Assembly: GCF_900289195.1 (NCBI RefSeq)
Contig: NZ_OMOH01000003.1
Span: 150,001 to 182,000, forward strand
Reading direction: 5' to 3'
DNA from: Propionibacterium ruminifibrarum
GTDB taxonomy: Bacteria; Actinomycetota; Actinomycetes; Propionibacteriales; Propionibacteriaceae
DNA: 32,000 nt
The position numbers were made by a program, and so were the translations under genes. Below the pieces are notes generated by a model that ran no database searches, was not told the DNA's origin, and saw only the letters and a list, made by a program, of their open reading frames with translations. Positions 1 to 8,811 of the stretch are shown piece by piece. The first letter of the stretch is position 1. Each line of letters opens with the position of its first letter.

Positions 1-35
1 TGATCGAAGAGGTCGCGAACGAGGCCCAGCCCTGA
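1..35 (+). CDS. 3' end of an upstream CDS (possibly dnaX, by synteny only)
   Basis: The frame reading ..IEEVANEAQP ends at TGA 33-35. dnaX-ybaB-recR is a common bacterial gene order. Only 11 codons are visible, so identity cannot be verified. Confidence 0.25.
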   Translation, partial: IEEVANEAQP

Positions 36-119
36 CCCCGTCGCCACGTACCATGGATGACCGGTGACCGGCCCGTGACGGCCGTGCACGCATCGGCCAC
101 TCGTCCTGAAAGGCAGACC

Positions 120-428
120 ATGTTTCCCGAGGGTATGGATATGAACGCCCTGCTCGAGCAGGCCCAGCAGGTGCAGGCCCAGCTCCAGGCGGCCCAGCGC
201 GACCTCGAGGCCACGAGCTTCACCGGCACCGCCGGCGGCGAACTCGTCGAGGCCACCGTCAGGGGAAACGGCGAACTCATCGGCTTGGCCATCAAGCCCG
301 AGGCCATCGACCCCTCCGACCCCGAGGGGCTCGCCGACCTCGTCCTCGCCGCGGTGCGCGACGCCTCGACGAAGGCCTCCGCCGCCGCCCAGAAGGTCGT
401 CCCCGATCTCGGCCAGCTGGGTCTGTGA
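120..428 (+). CDS. ybaB: nucleoid-associated protein, YbaB/EbfC family
   Basis: [58 protein letters not shown] is the typical YbaB pattern. I prefer ATG 120 (GAAAGG 6 nt upstream) over ORF-track ATG 57 because family members start just before the MxALLxQAQQ motif. Confidence 0.9.
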   Translation: MFPEGMDMNALLEQAQQVQAQLQAAQRDLEATSFTGTAGGELVEATVRGNGELIGLAIKPEAIDPSDPEGLADLVLAAVRDASTKASAAAQKVVPDLGQLGL

Positions 429-429
429 C

Positions 430-1035
430 GTGTACGACGGACCAGTCCAGGAACTCATCGACGAACTGGGGCGCCTGCCCGGGGTGGGGCCCAAGAGCGC
501 CCAGCGCATCGCCTTCTGGTTGCTCGAGCAGCCGCAGGCCGACGTCGAGCGCCTCGCGAACGTGCTCATGACCGTCAAGGAGCACACTCACATGTGCTCG
601 GTGTGCTTCAACGTCACCGACGCCGAGACCTGCCGCATCTGCCGCGACCCGCGCCGTGACCGCTCGCTCATCTGCGTCGTCGAGGAGTCGAAGGACGTCG
701 TCGCCATCGAGCGCACCCGCGAGTTCCACGGGCTCTACCACGTCCTCGGCGGCTCGATCAGCCCCATCGACGGCCGCGGCCCCGGCGACCTGCGGATCGC
801 CGAGCTGGTGCGCCGCCTGTCCGACACGACGGTCGAGGAGGTCATCCTGGCCACCAACCCGAACCTCGAGGGCGAGGCCACGGCGACCTACATCTCACGC
901 CTGCTGGCCGACACCCCGGGCATCCGGGTCAGCAAACTCGCCTCGGGCCTGCCCGTCGGCGGCGACCTCGAGTACGCCGACGACGTGACCCTCGGCAGGG
1001 CCTTCAACGGCCGCCGCTACATGGGCGACGAATAG
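430..1035 (+). CDS. recR: recombination protein RecR
   Basis: [32 protein letters not shown] (helix-hairpin-helix), a CxxC..CxxC zinc finger ([16 protein letters not shown]) and a Toprim region. GTG start 1 nt after the ybaB stop. Confidence 0.95.
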   Translation: MYDGPVQELIDELGRLPGVGPKSAQRIAFWLLEQPQADVERLANVLMTVKEHTHMCSVCFNVTDAETCRICRDPRRDRSLICVVEESKDVVAIERTREFHGLYHVLGGSISPIDGRGPGDLRIAELVRRLSDTTVEEVILATNPNLEGEATATYISRLLADTPGIRVSKLASGLPVGGDLEYADDVTLGRAFNGRRYMGDE

Positions 1036-1070
1036 GCACACAGCTTCTCTGGGGACACGGCGGCACGTGG

Positions 1071-1973
1071 TTATGCGGCCCCGCCGCACGGGATAGTGGC
1101 CCTGGCCGTCTCCTTGCCGTCCTGCTCCTCGATCACCACGCACACCTGATTACCAGAGGGGGATTCAGCCGGGCTGCTGCTCTCCTTGGCCTTCTCCAGG
1201 CGTTCCTTGTAGGGCTCCTGGTCGCAATCGACCTTTCTCTCGGACCAGAAGAAATATTCATCGCCTGCACCTCGCCGCTCTTCCCTGACCTTGCAGATGG
1301 GATCACTGGGCTCGGGAGAGGGCGTGGCAGAACTCGGCGGGGCGCTGCTTTCCGATGCGGAGGAGGCAGGGCTTGATGGGGAAGGGGCCTCGGTTTGTGA
1401 GGCAGAGGGACTTTCCGGGGACGTGGGGTTGCTGGGAGTGAGCGACGGCTCAGACGTGCCTGAATCCTCGTCCCCATTGCGGGAATCGGGCCCGCTGGGG
1501 GAGCCCGGCCTGAGAGCCTCGATGATCCGCTCGGGCAGTGAACGCAGGGTCTCGAGGATCTCCTCGAGGATGTTCGGGTCGGTGCCCGGGCCGGCGGGTT
1601 CCAGCTCGGGCTGGGAGGGCTGCACCAGGATGGGGGCATCCGAGGGCGACGCGCTCTGTTCGGGAGACTCGGACTGCGTGGGCGACGATGACGGAGACGC
1701 CGAGGACGACTGGGACGGGCTGGCCGAACTCGGGGTGATCGTCACGACCGGGGTGGAGACCGGAAGGTCGGAGTTGTCGTTCGACGTGACAACGCCGATG
1801 GCGACCCCCGTCGTCGCGATGGCGCCGGCCGTCACCGCTGCGGCGATCTTCATGCGCGCAACACGGCGCGCCTTGATCGCGAAGCCGACCGCCTGATCCG
1901 CCAGGGAGGCGCTCATCGCGGTGGCTTCGGGAGGCGTGGCTGCAAGATCGCGCAGCTCGTCGCTGATACCCAC
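1071..1973 (-). CDS. single-pass membrane protein, Ser/Pro-rich, with a C-terminal 4-Cys region; putative anti-sigma partner
   Basis: Short N-terminal region, basic stretch RRVARMK, then a hydrophobic helix IAAAVTAGAIATTGVAIGVV. About 170 aa of S/P-rich low complexity follow, then a C-terminal segment with four Cys. GTG start 9 nt after the sigma gene TAA, with AAGGA between them. No recognisable catalytic domain. Confidence 0.55.
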   Translation of the reverse strand: MGISDELRDLAATPPEATAMSASLADQAVGFAIKARRVARMKIAAAVTAGAIATTGVAIGVVTSNDNSDLPVSTPVVTITPSSASPSQSSSASPSSSPTQSESPEQSASPSDAPILVQPSQPELEPAGPGTDPNILEEILETLRSLPERIIEALRPGSPSGPDSRNGDEDSGTSEPSLTPSNPTSPESPSASQTEAPSPSSPASSASESSAPPSSATPSPEPSDPICKVREERRGAGDEYFFWSERKVDCDQEPYKERLEKAKESSSPAESPSGNQVCVVIEEQDGKETARATIPCGGAA

Positions 1974-1982
1974 AGAATTTCC

Positions 1983-2879
1983 TTAACCTGTGGCCAGTCT
2001 GCGGGGCGAGGGCCCTTGCGGCTGGTCATCATCGGGGGCGTTCTGCATCACACGGGCCGGCCCACCGGAACGTGTGGAAGCGTCATCGTCGTTGTGTACC
2101 GGCGGCTCGCCGGCATTGCGGTCCGTCGCCGACAGCGCAGGATCGCCGCTGTAGACCTTACCTCGCGATCCTGGCTCGTCGCCCTGCACCCAGGTGAATC
2201 CGATCTGCGCGGCAGAACCCACGGATGAATTCTCCGCGGCCTTCTCGGCTGCGCTCTTGCGGCCGGCCTTCGCGTCGAGGTGGCGACGGATCTCGACGAT
2301 GGAACCGAACTTGCGCTTGCGGGGCTGCGTCTTCAGCGGGATCAGTCCGTGCTGTTCCCGCTCGTCGCGGCCCGCGCCGTTCCCGGCGGCGGGCATGACG
2401 ACCGTGGGTATGTCACCCTCGTCGTCGTGCTGGACGGGCGGCGAACTGCTCAGCGCACTGAAGGTGGCCAGGGCACTGCGCACCTCGCCCGTGCTGCACG
2501 CGAGATCGGTGGCGACCTTCTGCGTGCTGCAGTCGTCGAGCACGGCGTGCACCGCGATCGCGCGGTCCACCGGTGCGAGGGCCGCCAGGCGGCGCGCGAT
2601 GAAGGCCTCACCGCTCTGTTCGCCCGCATTGGCCGGCGGGGCGTCCTCGTAGCCGTCCTTGCCGGCGTCCTCGAGGAACAGGCGGTAGACGCAGAGCCGC
2701 GCCCACTCGGCGCACTCGGCGTCGCTCGTGCGGTGCTTGTACTGCTTGAGCAGTTCCTTGGCGGTCCGGTTCAACAGGTTCTCTGCGATGTCGCGGTCAT
2801 GACTGAGGAGGAAGGCGATGCGGTAGAGCGCAGGGGTGTGCTCCGCGACGAACTCGCGGTAACCCTCGGGCACTCCCAT
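1983..2879 (-). CDS. SigE/ECF-type RNA polymerase sigma factor with a roughly 150-aa low-complexity C-terminal tail
   Basis: The N-terminus FVAEHTPALYRIAFLLSHDRDIAENLL matches the region 2 pattern of actinobacterial SigE-family sigmas. LAPVDRAIAVHAVLDDCSTQKVATDLACSTGEVRSAL looks like a region 4 HTH. The last ~150 aa have no recognisable domain. Confidence 0.7.
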   Translation of the reverse strand: MGVPEGYREFVAEHTPALYRIAFLLSHDRDIAENLLNRTAKELLKQYKHRTSDAECAEWARLCVYRLFLEDAGKDGYEDAPPANAGEQSGEAFIARRLAALAPVDRAIAVHAVLDDCSTQKVATDLACSTGEVRSALATFSALSSSPPVQHDDEGDIPTVVMPAAGNGAGRDEREQHGLIPLKTQPRKRKFGSIVEIRRHLDAKAGRKSAAEKAAENSSVGSAAQIGFTWVQGDEPGSRGKVYSGDPALSATDRNAGEPPVHNDDDASTRSGGPARVMQNAPDDDQPQGPSPRRLATG

Positions 2880-3102
2880 GCAATGGCTCCGATTCGGTTT
2901 CGACGTGGCGGGGAACGACGACCCTGCCGGGGAGGTGAACCACGCCAGCTTAGCAACAGTTAAGGAAAAATCATATTCTTCCTAGCCAAACCCGATATAG
3001 CTTTCACAGGATCAATTCAGGGTCGCCGTTGGGGTGGTCCCGCCGGCGCCACGAGTCGGTGGGGGCGGCCGCGGGCGAGCCGGGGCCATTGGGCTGCTCG
3101 TC

Positions 3103-3322
3103 TACAATGTTCGGGTCGCACGGCGTTGATGGAGCCATCACTTCGGAGCCGCCGGAAGAACGGCAGGGCATCCTGCTCATTAGAACCGGCAGCGGCACAC
3201 AAGCAAGAGGGGGTGCCCGGTGGTGCCCCAAGAAGGGTGGTACCGCGGGCCGCCCCGGCCTGTGAAAGGCCGGGCCTCTCGTCCCTTCGCAGCGTCAGCG
3301 ACGTCGACAGCGAAGAGGAACG
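3103..3322 (+). promoter_or_regulatory. T-box leader (tRNA-sensing riboswitch) of ileS, with a candidate -10 TACAAT at 3103-3108
   Basis: Canonical T-box sequence AAGGGTGGTACCGCG at 3233-3247, including TGGT to pair with the tRNA ACCA end. Ile triplets each followed by A lie at 3137-3140 (ATCA) and 3179-3182 (ATTA). A short hairpin GCAGG-gcat-CCTGC sits at 3163-3176. Helix 3282-3290 / 3310-3319 pairs with the SD GAGGA just before ATG 3323. Confidence 0.8.
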
Positions 3323-6300
3323 ATGACACCAACCGAGCCAGCCGCGAACCGATACCGCGCGGTTCCCGCCCAGATCGACCTGCCGGCGATGGACCACGAG
3401 ATCATCGCCTTCTGGGAGGCCAACGACACCTTCGCCAAGAGCTGGCGGGCGACCCAGGACGGTCCCCGCTGGAACTTCTTCGAAGGCCCGCCCACCGCCA
3501 ACGGCCAGCCCGGCACCCACCACATCGAGGCCCGCGTCTTCAAGGACTTCTTCCCCCGGTTCAAGACGATGCAGGGCTACCGGGTCGACCGCAAGGCCGG
3601 CTGGGACTGCCACGGCCTGCCCGTCGAACTGGCCGTCGAGAAGGAACTCGGCATCGACAACAAGAGCCAGATCGAGGAGTACGGCATCGAGGCGTTCAAC
3701 GCGAAGTGCCGGGCCTCGGTCAGCGAGCACGTCGACGAGTTCGTCGAACTGACCCGCCGCATGGGCTACTGGGTCACCATGGACGACGCCTACTGGACGA
3801 TGGCCCCCGAGTACGTCGACTCCGAGTGGTGGGCGCTGCAGAAGATCTTCAACGACGGCCTGCTCGTGCAGGACTACCGCGTCACGCCGTACTGTCCCAA
3901 GGACGAGACCGCCCTGTCCGACCATGAGGTCTCCCAGGGCTACCGCGACGTCACCGAGCCCTCGATCTTCGTCGCCCTGCCGCTCACCAGCGGACTGTGG
4001 GCAGCCCGGGGCGCCAAGCTGCTCGTCTGGACGACGACCCCCTGGACCCTCGTCTCGAACACGGCCGTCGCCGTACACCCCGAGGTCACCTACGTGCTCG
4101 CCACCGATGGCACGCAGCGGCTCGTGCTGGCCGAACCCCTCTTCGACACCGTGCTGGGGGCCACCGACGAGGACGGCGAGCGGATCTGGACGGTGCTGGA
4201 GACCGCGACCGGCGCCGACATGGCGGGCTGGGACTACCAGCGCCCCTATGAGCTGGTGCCCTTCGACAAGCGCGCCAACTTCATCGTGCTGGCCGATTAC
4301 GTCACCACCGGTGACGGCTCCGGCCTCGTCCACCAGGCGCCCGCCTTCGGCGCCGACGACATGGCCGTCGGCCGCGCCAACGACCTGCCGGTCATCAACC
4401 CGATCCGTCCCGACGGCACCTTCGAGGAGGGCCTGCCGCTCGTCGGCGGCCTGTTCTTCAAGGACGCCGACCCCGTGATCGTCGCCGACCTGGAACGGCG
4501 CGGCATCCTGTTCCGCGCCGAGGACCACACGCACTCGTACCCGCACTGCTGGCGCTGCGGCACGCCGCTGATCTACTACGCCCAGCCCAGCTGGTACATC
4601 CGCACCACCCAGCGCAAGGACGAACTCCTCGCCCAGAACGAGAAGACCACCTGGTACCCGGACAACATCAAGTGGGGCCGCTACGGCGACTGGCTGCGCA
4701 ACAACATCGACTGGGCCCTGTCGCGCACCCGCTACTGGGGCACGCCGCTGCCCATCTGGCGCAACGACGAGGACCCGACCAGGCTCCGCTGCGTCGGCTC
4801 GCGCGCCGAACTCGCCGAGCTGGCCGGCCGGCCCGAACTGGCCGACATGGACCCGCACCGCCCGTTCGTCGACGACGTGACCTTCACCCTGCCCGGCGAG
4901 ACCGGCACCTACCGCCGCGTGCCCGAGGTCATCGACGCCTGGTTCGACTCCGGCTCGATGTCCTTCGCCCAGTGGGGCTACCCGTGGGTCGAGGGCTCGA
5001 AGGAGAGGTTCGCCGAGCACTTCCCGGCCGACTTCATCTGCGAGGCTATCGACCAGACCCGCGGCTGGTTCTACACGATGATGACGGTGCCGACCCTCGT
5101 CTTCGGCGAGTCCAGCTACAAGAACGTGCTCTGCCTGGGTCACATCCTGGCCGAGGACGGCCGCAAGATGAGCAAGCACTTCGGCAACATCCTGCTGCCG
5201 ATCCCGCTCATGGACCGTCACGGCGCCGACGCGGTCCGCTGGTTCATGGCCTCCTCCGGGTCCCCGTGGTCGGCCCGCCGGGTCGGCGACACGACGCTGC
5301 AGGAAGTCGTCCGCAAGGTCATGCTGACTTACTGGAACACGGTCGCCTTCCACAGTCTCTACGCCCGCGCCAACGACTGGACGCCCACCGGGCAGGCCCC
5401 GGCAGTCGCCGGGCGGCACGTGCTGGACCGCTGGCTGACCAGCGCCGTCAACCAGCTCGTCGCGGACGTCACCGAGGCGTTGGAGGCGTTCGACTCGCAG
5501 CGCTACGGCACCCTCATCGCCGGCTTCATCGACGAGCTGTCGAACTGGTACGTGCGGCGCTCACGCCGCCGCTTCTGGGACGGCGACGCCGGCGCCCTGT
5601 GGACGCTGCACGAGACCCTGGCCACGCTCACCCAGCTCATGGCCCCGCTGGCCCCGTTCATCACCGAACGGGTCTGGCAGGACCTGTTCCGCCCGACACT
5701 GCCCGACGCCCCCGAGTCGGTGCACCTGACCGGCTGGCCGCAGGCCGACACCGCGCTCATCGACACCGAGCTGGACGATGCCATGGAACTGGCCCGCCGA
5801 CTCGTCGAGGTGGGCCGTTCGGCACGCGCCGAGGCCAAGGTGAAGACCCGCCAGCCGCTGGGCCGGGCACTCGTCAACTCGGCCGCCATCGACCGGCTGC
5901 CCGCCGAGCTCGTCGACGAGATCACCGCCGAGCTGAACATCGAACGGCTCGACTCGTTCAGCTCCGCCGGCGACGTCGTCGTCCACACCGCCAAGGCCAA
6001 CTTCCGTGCCCTCGGCAGGCGCTACGGCAAGCAGACGCCCGTCGTCGCCTCCGCGATCGCCGACGCCGACGCGGCGGCCCTCGCCTCGGGGCTCGCCGAC
6101 GGCGGCACGGTGACGCTCGACGTCGCCGGCGTCGGGCCCGTCGAGCTGGGGGCCGACGACGTTTTCATCACCGAGCGCCCCCGCGAGGGCTGGTCGGTTG
6201 CCGACGTCCAGGGCGACACCATCGCCCTCGACCTCACGCTCACCCCCGAGCTCGTCAGCGCCGGCCGGGCCCGTGAGGTCATCCGGTTCGTGCAGGACTC

Positions 6301-6505
6301 CCGCAAGGCCGCCGGCCTCGACGTCTCGGACCGCATCGACCTGGCCTGGGCGAGCGATGACGCCGACCTGGCGGCGGCCATCGAGACCCACTCCGAGCTG
6401 ATCGCCGCCGAGGTGCTCGCCACGAGCATGCACCGCGCAGAGCCGGCCGGTGACTGGCGTGAGGACGACGAACTCCGCCTGAAGGTGAAGGTCACCAAGG
6501 TCTGA
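3323..6505 (+). CDS. ileS: isoleucine--tRNA ligase
   Basis: 1060 aa with class I synthetase motifs: PPTANGQPGTHHIEA (HIGH-type) and KMSKHFGN (KMSKS), plus a CP1 editing insertion. Overall pattern is typical of actinobacterial IleRS. Confidence 0.97.
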   Translation: MTPTEPAANRYRAVPAQIDLPAMDHEIIAFWEANDTFAKSWRATQDGPRWNFFEGPPTANGQPGTHHIEARVFKDFFPRFKTMQGYRVDRKAGWDCHGLPVELAVEKELGIDNKSQIEEYGIEAFNAKCRASVSEHVDEFVELTRRMGYWVTMDDAYWTMAPEYVDSEWWALQKIFNDGLLVQDYRVTPYCPKDETALSDHEVSQGYRDVTEPSIFVALPLTSGLWAARGAKLLVWTTTPWTLVSNTAVAVHPEVTYVLATDGTQRLVLAEPLFDTVLGATDEDGERIWTVLETATGADMAGWDYQRPYELVPFDKRANFIVLADYVTTGDGSGLVHQAPAFGADDMAVGRANDLPVINPIRPDGTFEEGLPLVGGLFFKDADPVIVADLERRGILFRAEDHTHSYPHCWRCGTPLIYYAQPSWYIRTTQRKDELLAQNEKTTWYPDNIKWGRYGDWLRNNIDWALSRTRYWGTPLPIWRNDEDPTRLRCVGSRAELAELAGRPELADMDPHRPFVDDVTFTLPGETGTYRRVPEVIDAWFDSGSMSFAQWGYPWVEGSKERFAEHFPADFICEAIDQTRGWFYTMMTVPTLVFGESSYKNVLCLGHILAEDGRKMSKHFGNILLPIPLMDRHGADAVRWFMASSGSPWSARRVGDTTLQEVVRKVMLTYWNTVAFHSLYARANDWTPTGQAPAVAGRHVLDRWLTSAVNQLVADVTEALEAFDSQRYGTLIAGFIDELSNWYVRRSRRRFWDGDAGALWTLHETLATLTQLMAPLAPFITERVWQDLFRPTLPDAPESVHLTGWPQADTALIDTELDDAMELARRLVEVGRSARAEAKVKTRQPLGRALVNSAAIDRLPAELVDEITAELNIERLDSFSSAGDVVVHTAKANFRALGRRYGKQTPVVASAIADADAAALASGLADGGTVTLDVAGVGPVELGADDVFITERPREGWSVADVQGDTIALDLTLTPELVSAGRAREVIRFVQDSRKAAGLDVSDRIDLAWASDDADLAAAIETHSELIAAEVLATSMHRAEPAGDWREDDELRLKVKVTKV

Positions 6506-6524
6506 GCCACGCCGCGCACTCGTC

Positions 6525-6557
6525 TGCGCCGCCCGCCCGACCCGGGCGGGCGGCGCA
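6525..6557. terminator. GC-rich hairpin between convergent ileS and the dehydrogenase gene
   Basis: TGCGCCGCCCGCCCG-acc-CGGGCGGGCGGCGCA: a perfect 15-bp stem with a 3-nt loop, 20 nt after the ileS stop. No U-tract. Confidence 0.5.
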
Positions 6558-6678
6558 CCGTCGGTGAGCGCCGGGGTGCCCGTGGGTTCGTCGAGGAGAA
6601 CGAGCCCGAGGCCGGGAATCGTCGGTGAGCGCCGGACGTCCAACCGGTTCGACGCCCCGGTCGAGGGGACCGGCCCGG

Positions 6679-7572
6679 TCAGGACGTCTGCTCGCCCAGC
6701 CCGTTGATCCGGTCCGTCGCCTCGGCCACCCACGGCACGTTGTGCCCGGCGTAGCCGGCCGAGCAGGCCAGTGAGAGTGTCTCGTGGACGCCGTCGCCCA
6801 CCACCGGGGCGACCTGTACGTCACCGGCCAGCCGCGTGTAGTAGCGCACGTCCTTGCGGGCGTTGCCCAGCGCGAACTGCTGGCGCTCGTAGTCGCCGTT
6901 CAGGGTGGCGCCCATGATGGCGAGCAGCTGGTTGTCGAACATGCCCTTGCCCAGTACGTCGACGAGCGTCTGCGGGTCGGCGCCCGCTGCGCGCGCCACG
7001 GTGAACGACTCGGCCAGCGCCGTCGTCGCCGCCTGGAGGCAGAAGTTGTTGAGCAGTTTGATCGTGTGGCCGGCCCCCACCGGGCCCGCGCGCAGGATGT
7101 TCTCGCAGTAGCTCGCCAGCACCGGTTCGATCCGGGCGAAGACCTCGTCGTCGGCACCGACGAGCGTGTTGAGGCGCCCCTGCTCGGCCTCGGCCGGGCC
7201 GCGGGTGAGCGGCGCATCGGCGTAGGCGACCCCGGCTGCCGCGGCCTGCGCGGCCAGCTCGCGGGTGACTGACGGTTCGCTCGTCGCCGCGTCGACGATC
7301 ACCAGGCCCTCACGCGGGCTGGTGAGCAGCCCGTCCGGCCCGGTGACGACCTGCTGCACGTCCTGGGCGGTCGTGATGCAGATGACGACGATCTCGCACT
7401 GGGCCCCCAGCTCGGCGTTGCCGGCGACCCGGCGGGCGCCCATCGCCTCCAGATCGGCCGGTGCGTTGCGGTGCACCGTGTAGACCAGGTCGAACCCGGC
7501 CTTGGCGATGTTCTTCGCCATCCCGTGCCCCATGAGGCCGTTCGCCCCGATGAACCCCACTGTCGTCGCCAT
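6679..7572 (-). CDS. NAD(P)-dependent beta-hydroxyacid dehydrogenase (3-hydroxyisobutyrate / 6-phosphogluconate dehydrogenase-like family)
   Basis: N-terminal Rossmann motif VGFIGANGLMGHGMAKNIAKAG and family-typical length (297 aa). Substrate cannot be inferred. Confidence 0.85.
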   Translation of the reverse strand: MATTVGFIGANGLMGHGMAKNIAKAGFDLVYTVHRNAPADLEAMGARRVAGNAELGAQCEIVVICITTAQDVQQVVTGPDGLLTSPREGLVIVDAATSEPSVTRELAAQAAAAGVAYADAPLTRGPAEAEQGRLNTLVGADDEVFARIEPVLASYCENILRAGPVGAGHTIKLLNNFCLQAATTALAESFTVARAAGADPQTLVDVLGKGMFDNQLLAIMGATLNGDYERQQFALGNARKDVRYYTRLAGDVQVAPVVGDGVHETLSLACSAGYAGHNVPWVAEATDRINGLGEQTS

Positions 7573-7612
7573 TGTCCTCGTGTTCCTTCCCGTCCGGGTC
7601 GATCCCAGGATG

Positions 7613-8605
7613 TCACAGGGTCAATCGGTCGTGCGGGCGGTAGCCGAACTGGTCGAGGGCCTGCGTCATCGTCTGCGAGACGGCCAGGGTGTCCGACAGC
7701 GGCACCAGTTCGTGCTCGGTGGCGCCGGCAGCGATCGCGTCGGTGGCCGACTGCAGTTCGTGACGGTAGCCGGCGCCCTCGAACGGCTCACTGATCACCT
7801 CGGCCTCGACGTGGTCCTCCGGGGTGTGCACCGTGATGGCCGAGGGGTGGTGGAACCGGGGGCCGACCTCGATGAAGCCGCTCGTGCCGATGATCGCCAT
7901 GCGTCCCGGGCCGTGGCCGGCCAGCGAGCAGCACAGCTGCGCGAAGGAGCCGTCGCCGTAGCGCAGCTGGAGCGCCACATCGGCGTCCACCCCGTTGCTG
8001 TAGCAACGGCCGATGCACTGCATGCCGGTGGGGGTGCCCAGGAAGTCCTGGGCGAAGTGCAGCAGGTAGACGCCCAGGTCGAGCATCGAGCCGCCGCCCA
8101 TCTCGGGCGCGAACAGCCGGTCGGTCGGGTCGAAGTCGCGGTACGAGAACAGGTCGCCCTGCAGCGCCCGCACCCGGCCGATGCGCCCCGACTCCACGAC
8201 GCTGTGGGCCGCCTGAACGGCCGGCAGGAAGCGCGTCCACATGCCCTCCATGAGGAAGACGTGGCGCTCGCGGGCGGCGCGGATCAGCTGGCGGGTGTGC
8301 TCGCCCTGACAGCACATCGACTTCTCGACGAGGACCGCCTTGCCGGCGCCGATCGCGGCCAGGGCCAGGGGGAAGTGCTGGGCGTTGGGGGTGCCGATGT
8401 ACAGAGCGTCGACGTCAGGGTCGGCGACGAGCTCCTCGTAGCTGCCGTGGGCGTGCGGTATGTCGAACTCGGCCGCGAAGGCTCGCGCCCGCTCGGTGCT
8501 GCGCGACCCGACGGCGACGACCTCGGCGTCCTCGACGGCCTTGAACTCTGACGCGATGATCCGTGCGACCCGACCCGGTCCAGCGATTCCCCATTGAATG
8601 CTCAT
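7613..8605 (-). CDS. Gfo/Idh/MocA family oxidoreductase
   Basis: N-terminus WGIAGPGRVARIIASEF, then LYIGTPNAQHFPLALAAIGAGKAVLVEK: an N-terminal Rossmann fold with the conserved EKP-like motif. 330 aa. Confidence 0.85.
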   Translation of the reverse strand: MSIQWGIAGPGRVARIIASEFKAVEDAEVVAVGSRSTERARAFAAEFDIPHAHGSYEELVADPDVDALYIGTPNAQHFPLALAAIGAGKAVLVEKSMCCQGEHTRQLIRAARERHVFLMEGMWTRFLPAVQAAHSVVESGRIGRVRALQGDLFSYRDFDPTDRLFAPEMGGGSMLDLGVYLLHFAQDFLGTPTGMQCIGRCYSNGVDADVALQLRYGDGSFAQLCCSLAGHGPGRMAIIGTSGFIEVGPRFHHPSAITVHTPEDHVEAEVISEPFEGAGYRHELQSATDAIAAGATEHELVPLSDTLAVSQTMTQALDQFGYRPHDRLTL

Positions 8606-8811
8606 GTACTGAAGACTAGATTCCCGCCCCGCCCGATGAACAGCCTTCGCCCAGTGGCCGCGGCCGATTCAGGGGCGAGCCCGTGGGCCGCTGCGCCCGC
8701 GAGAAGCCGTGCCGGGCACGACCGGCAAGACCGCCAGTGTGCTCATCCCCTGTGCACGGCCCCGTCCTCGGACGTGACTGCGCCTGGCGGGGCTGTGCCG
8801 GACGTCGGGTC

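Noticed and set aside
1291-1896. 201-aa plus-strand ORF antisense to the Ser/Pro-rich membrane protein gene.
   Set aside because: The two frames share third-codon positions, so GC3 cannot discriminate between them. The minus-strand ORF has a TM helix, a basic stop-transfer stretch and tight coupling to the sigma gene stop with an AAGGA SD. The plus-strand ORF has no start context or recognisable features. The strand choice stays less certain than for other genes.
3017-5419. 800-aa ORF on the minus strand covering the T-box leader and the first two thirds of ileS.
   Set aside because: It is antisense to an unambiguous ileS gene. The translation is Arg/Gly/Ala/Pro/Val-rich with no recognisable motif, as expected for GC-driven open frames. 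It has no start context.
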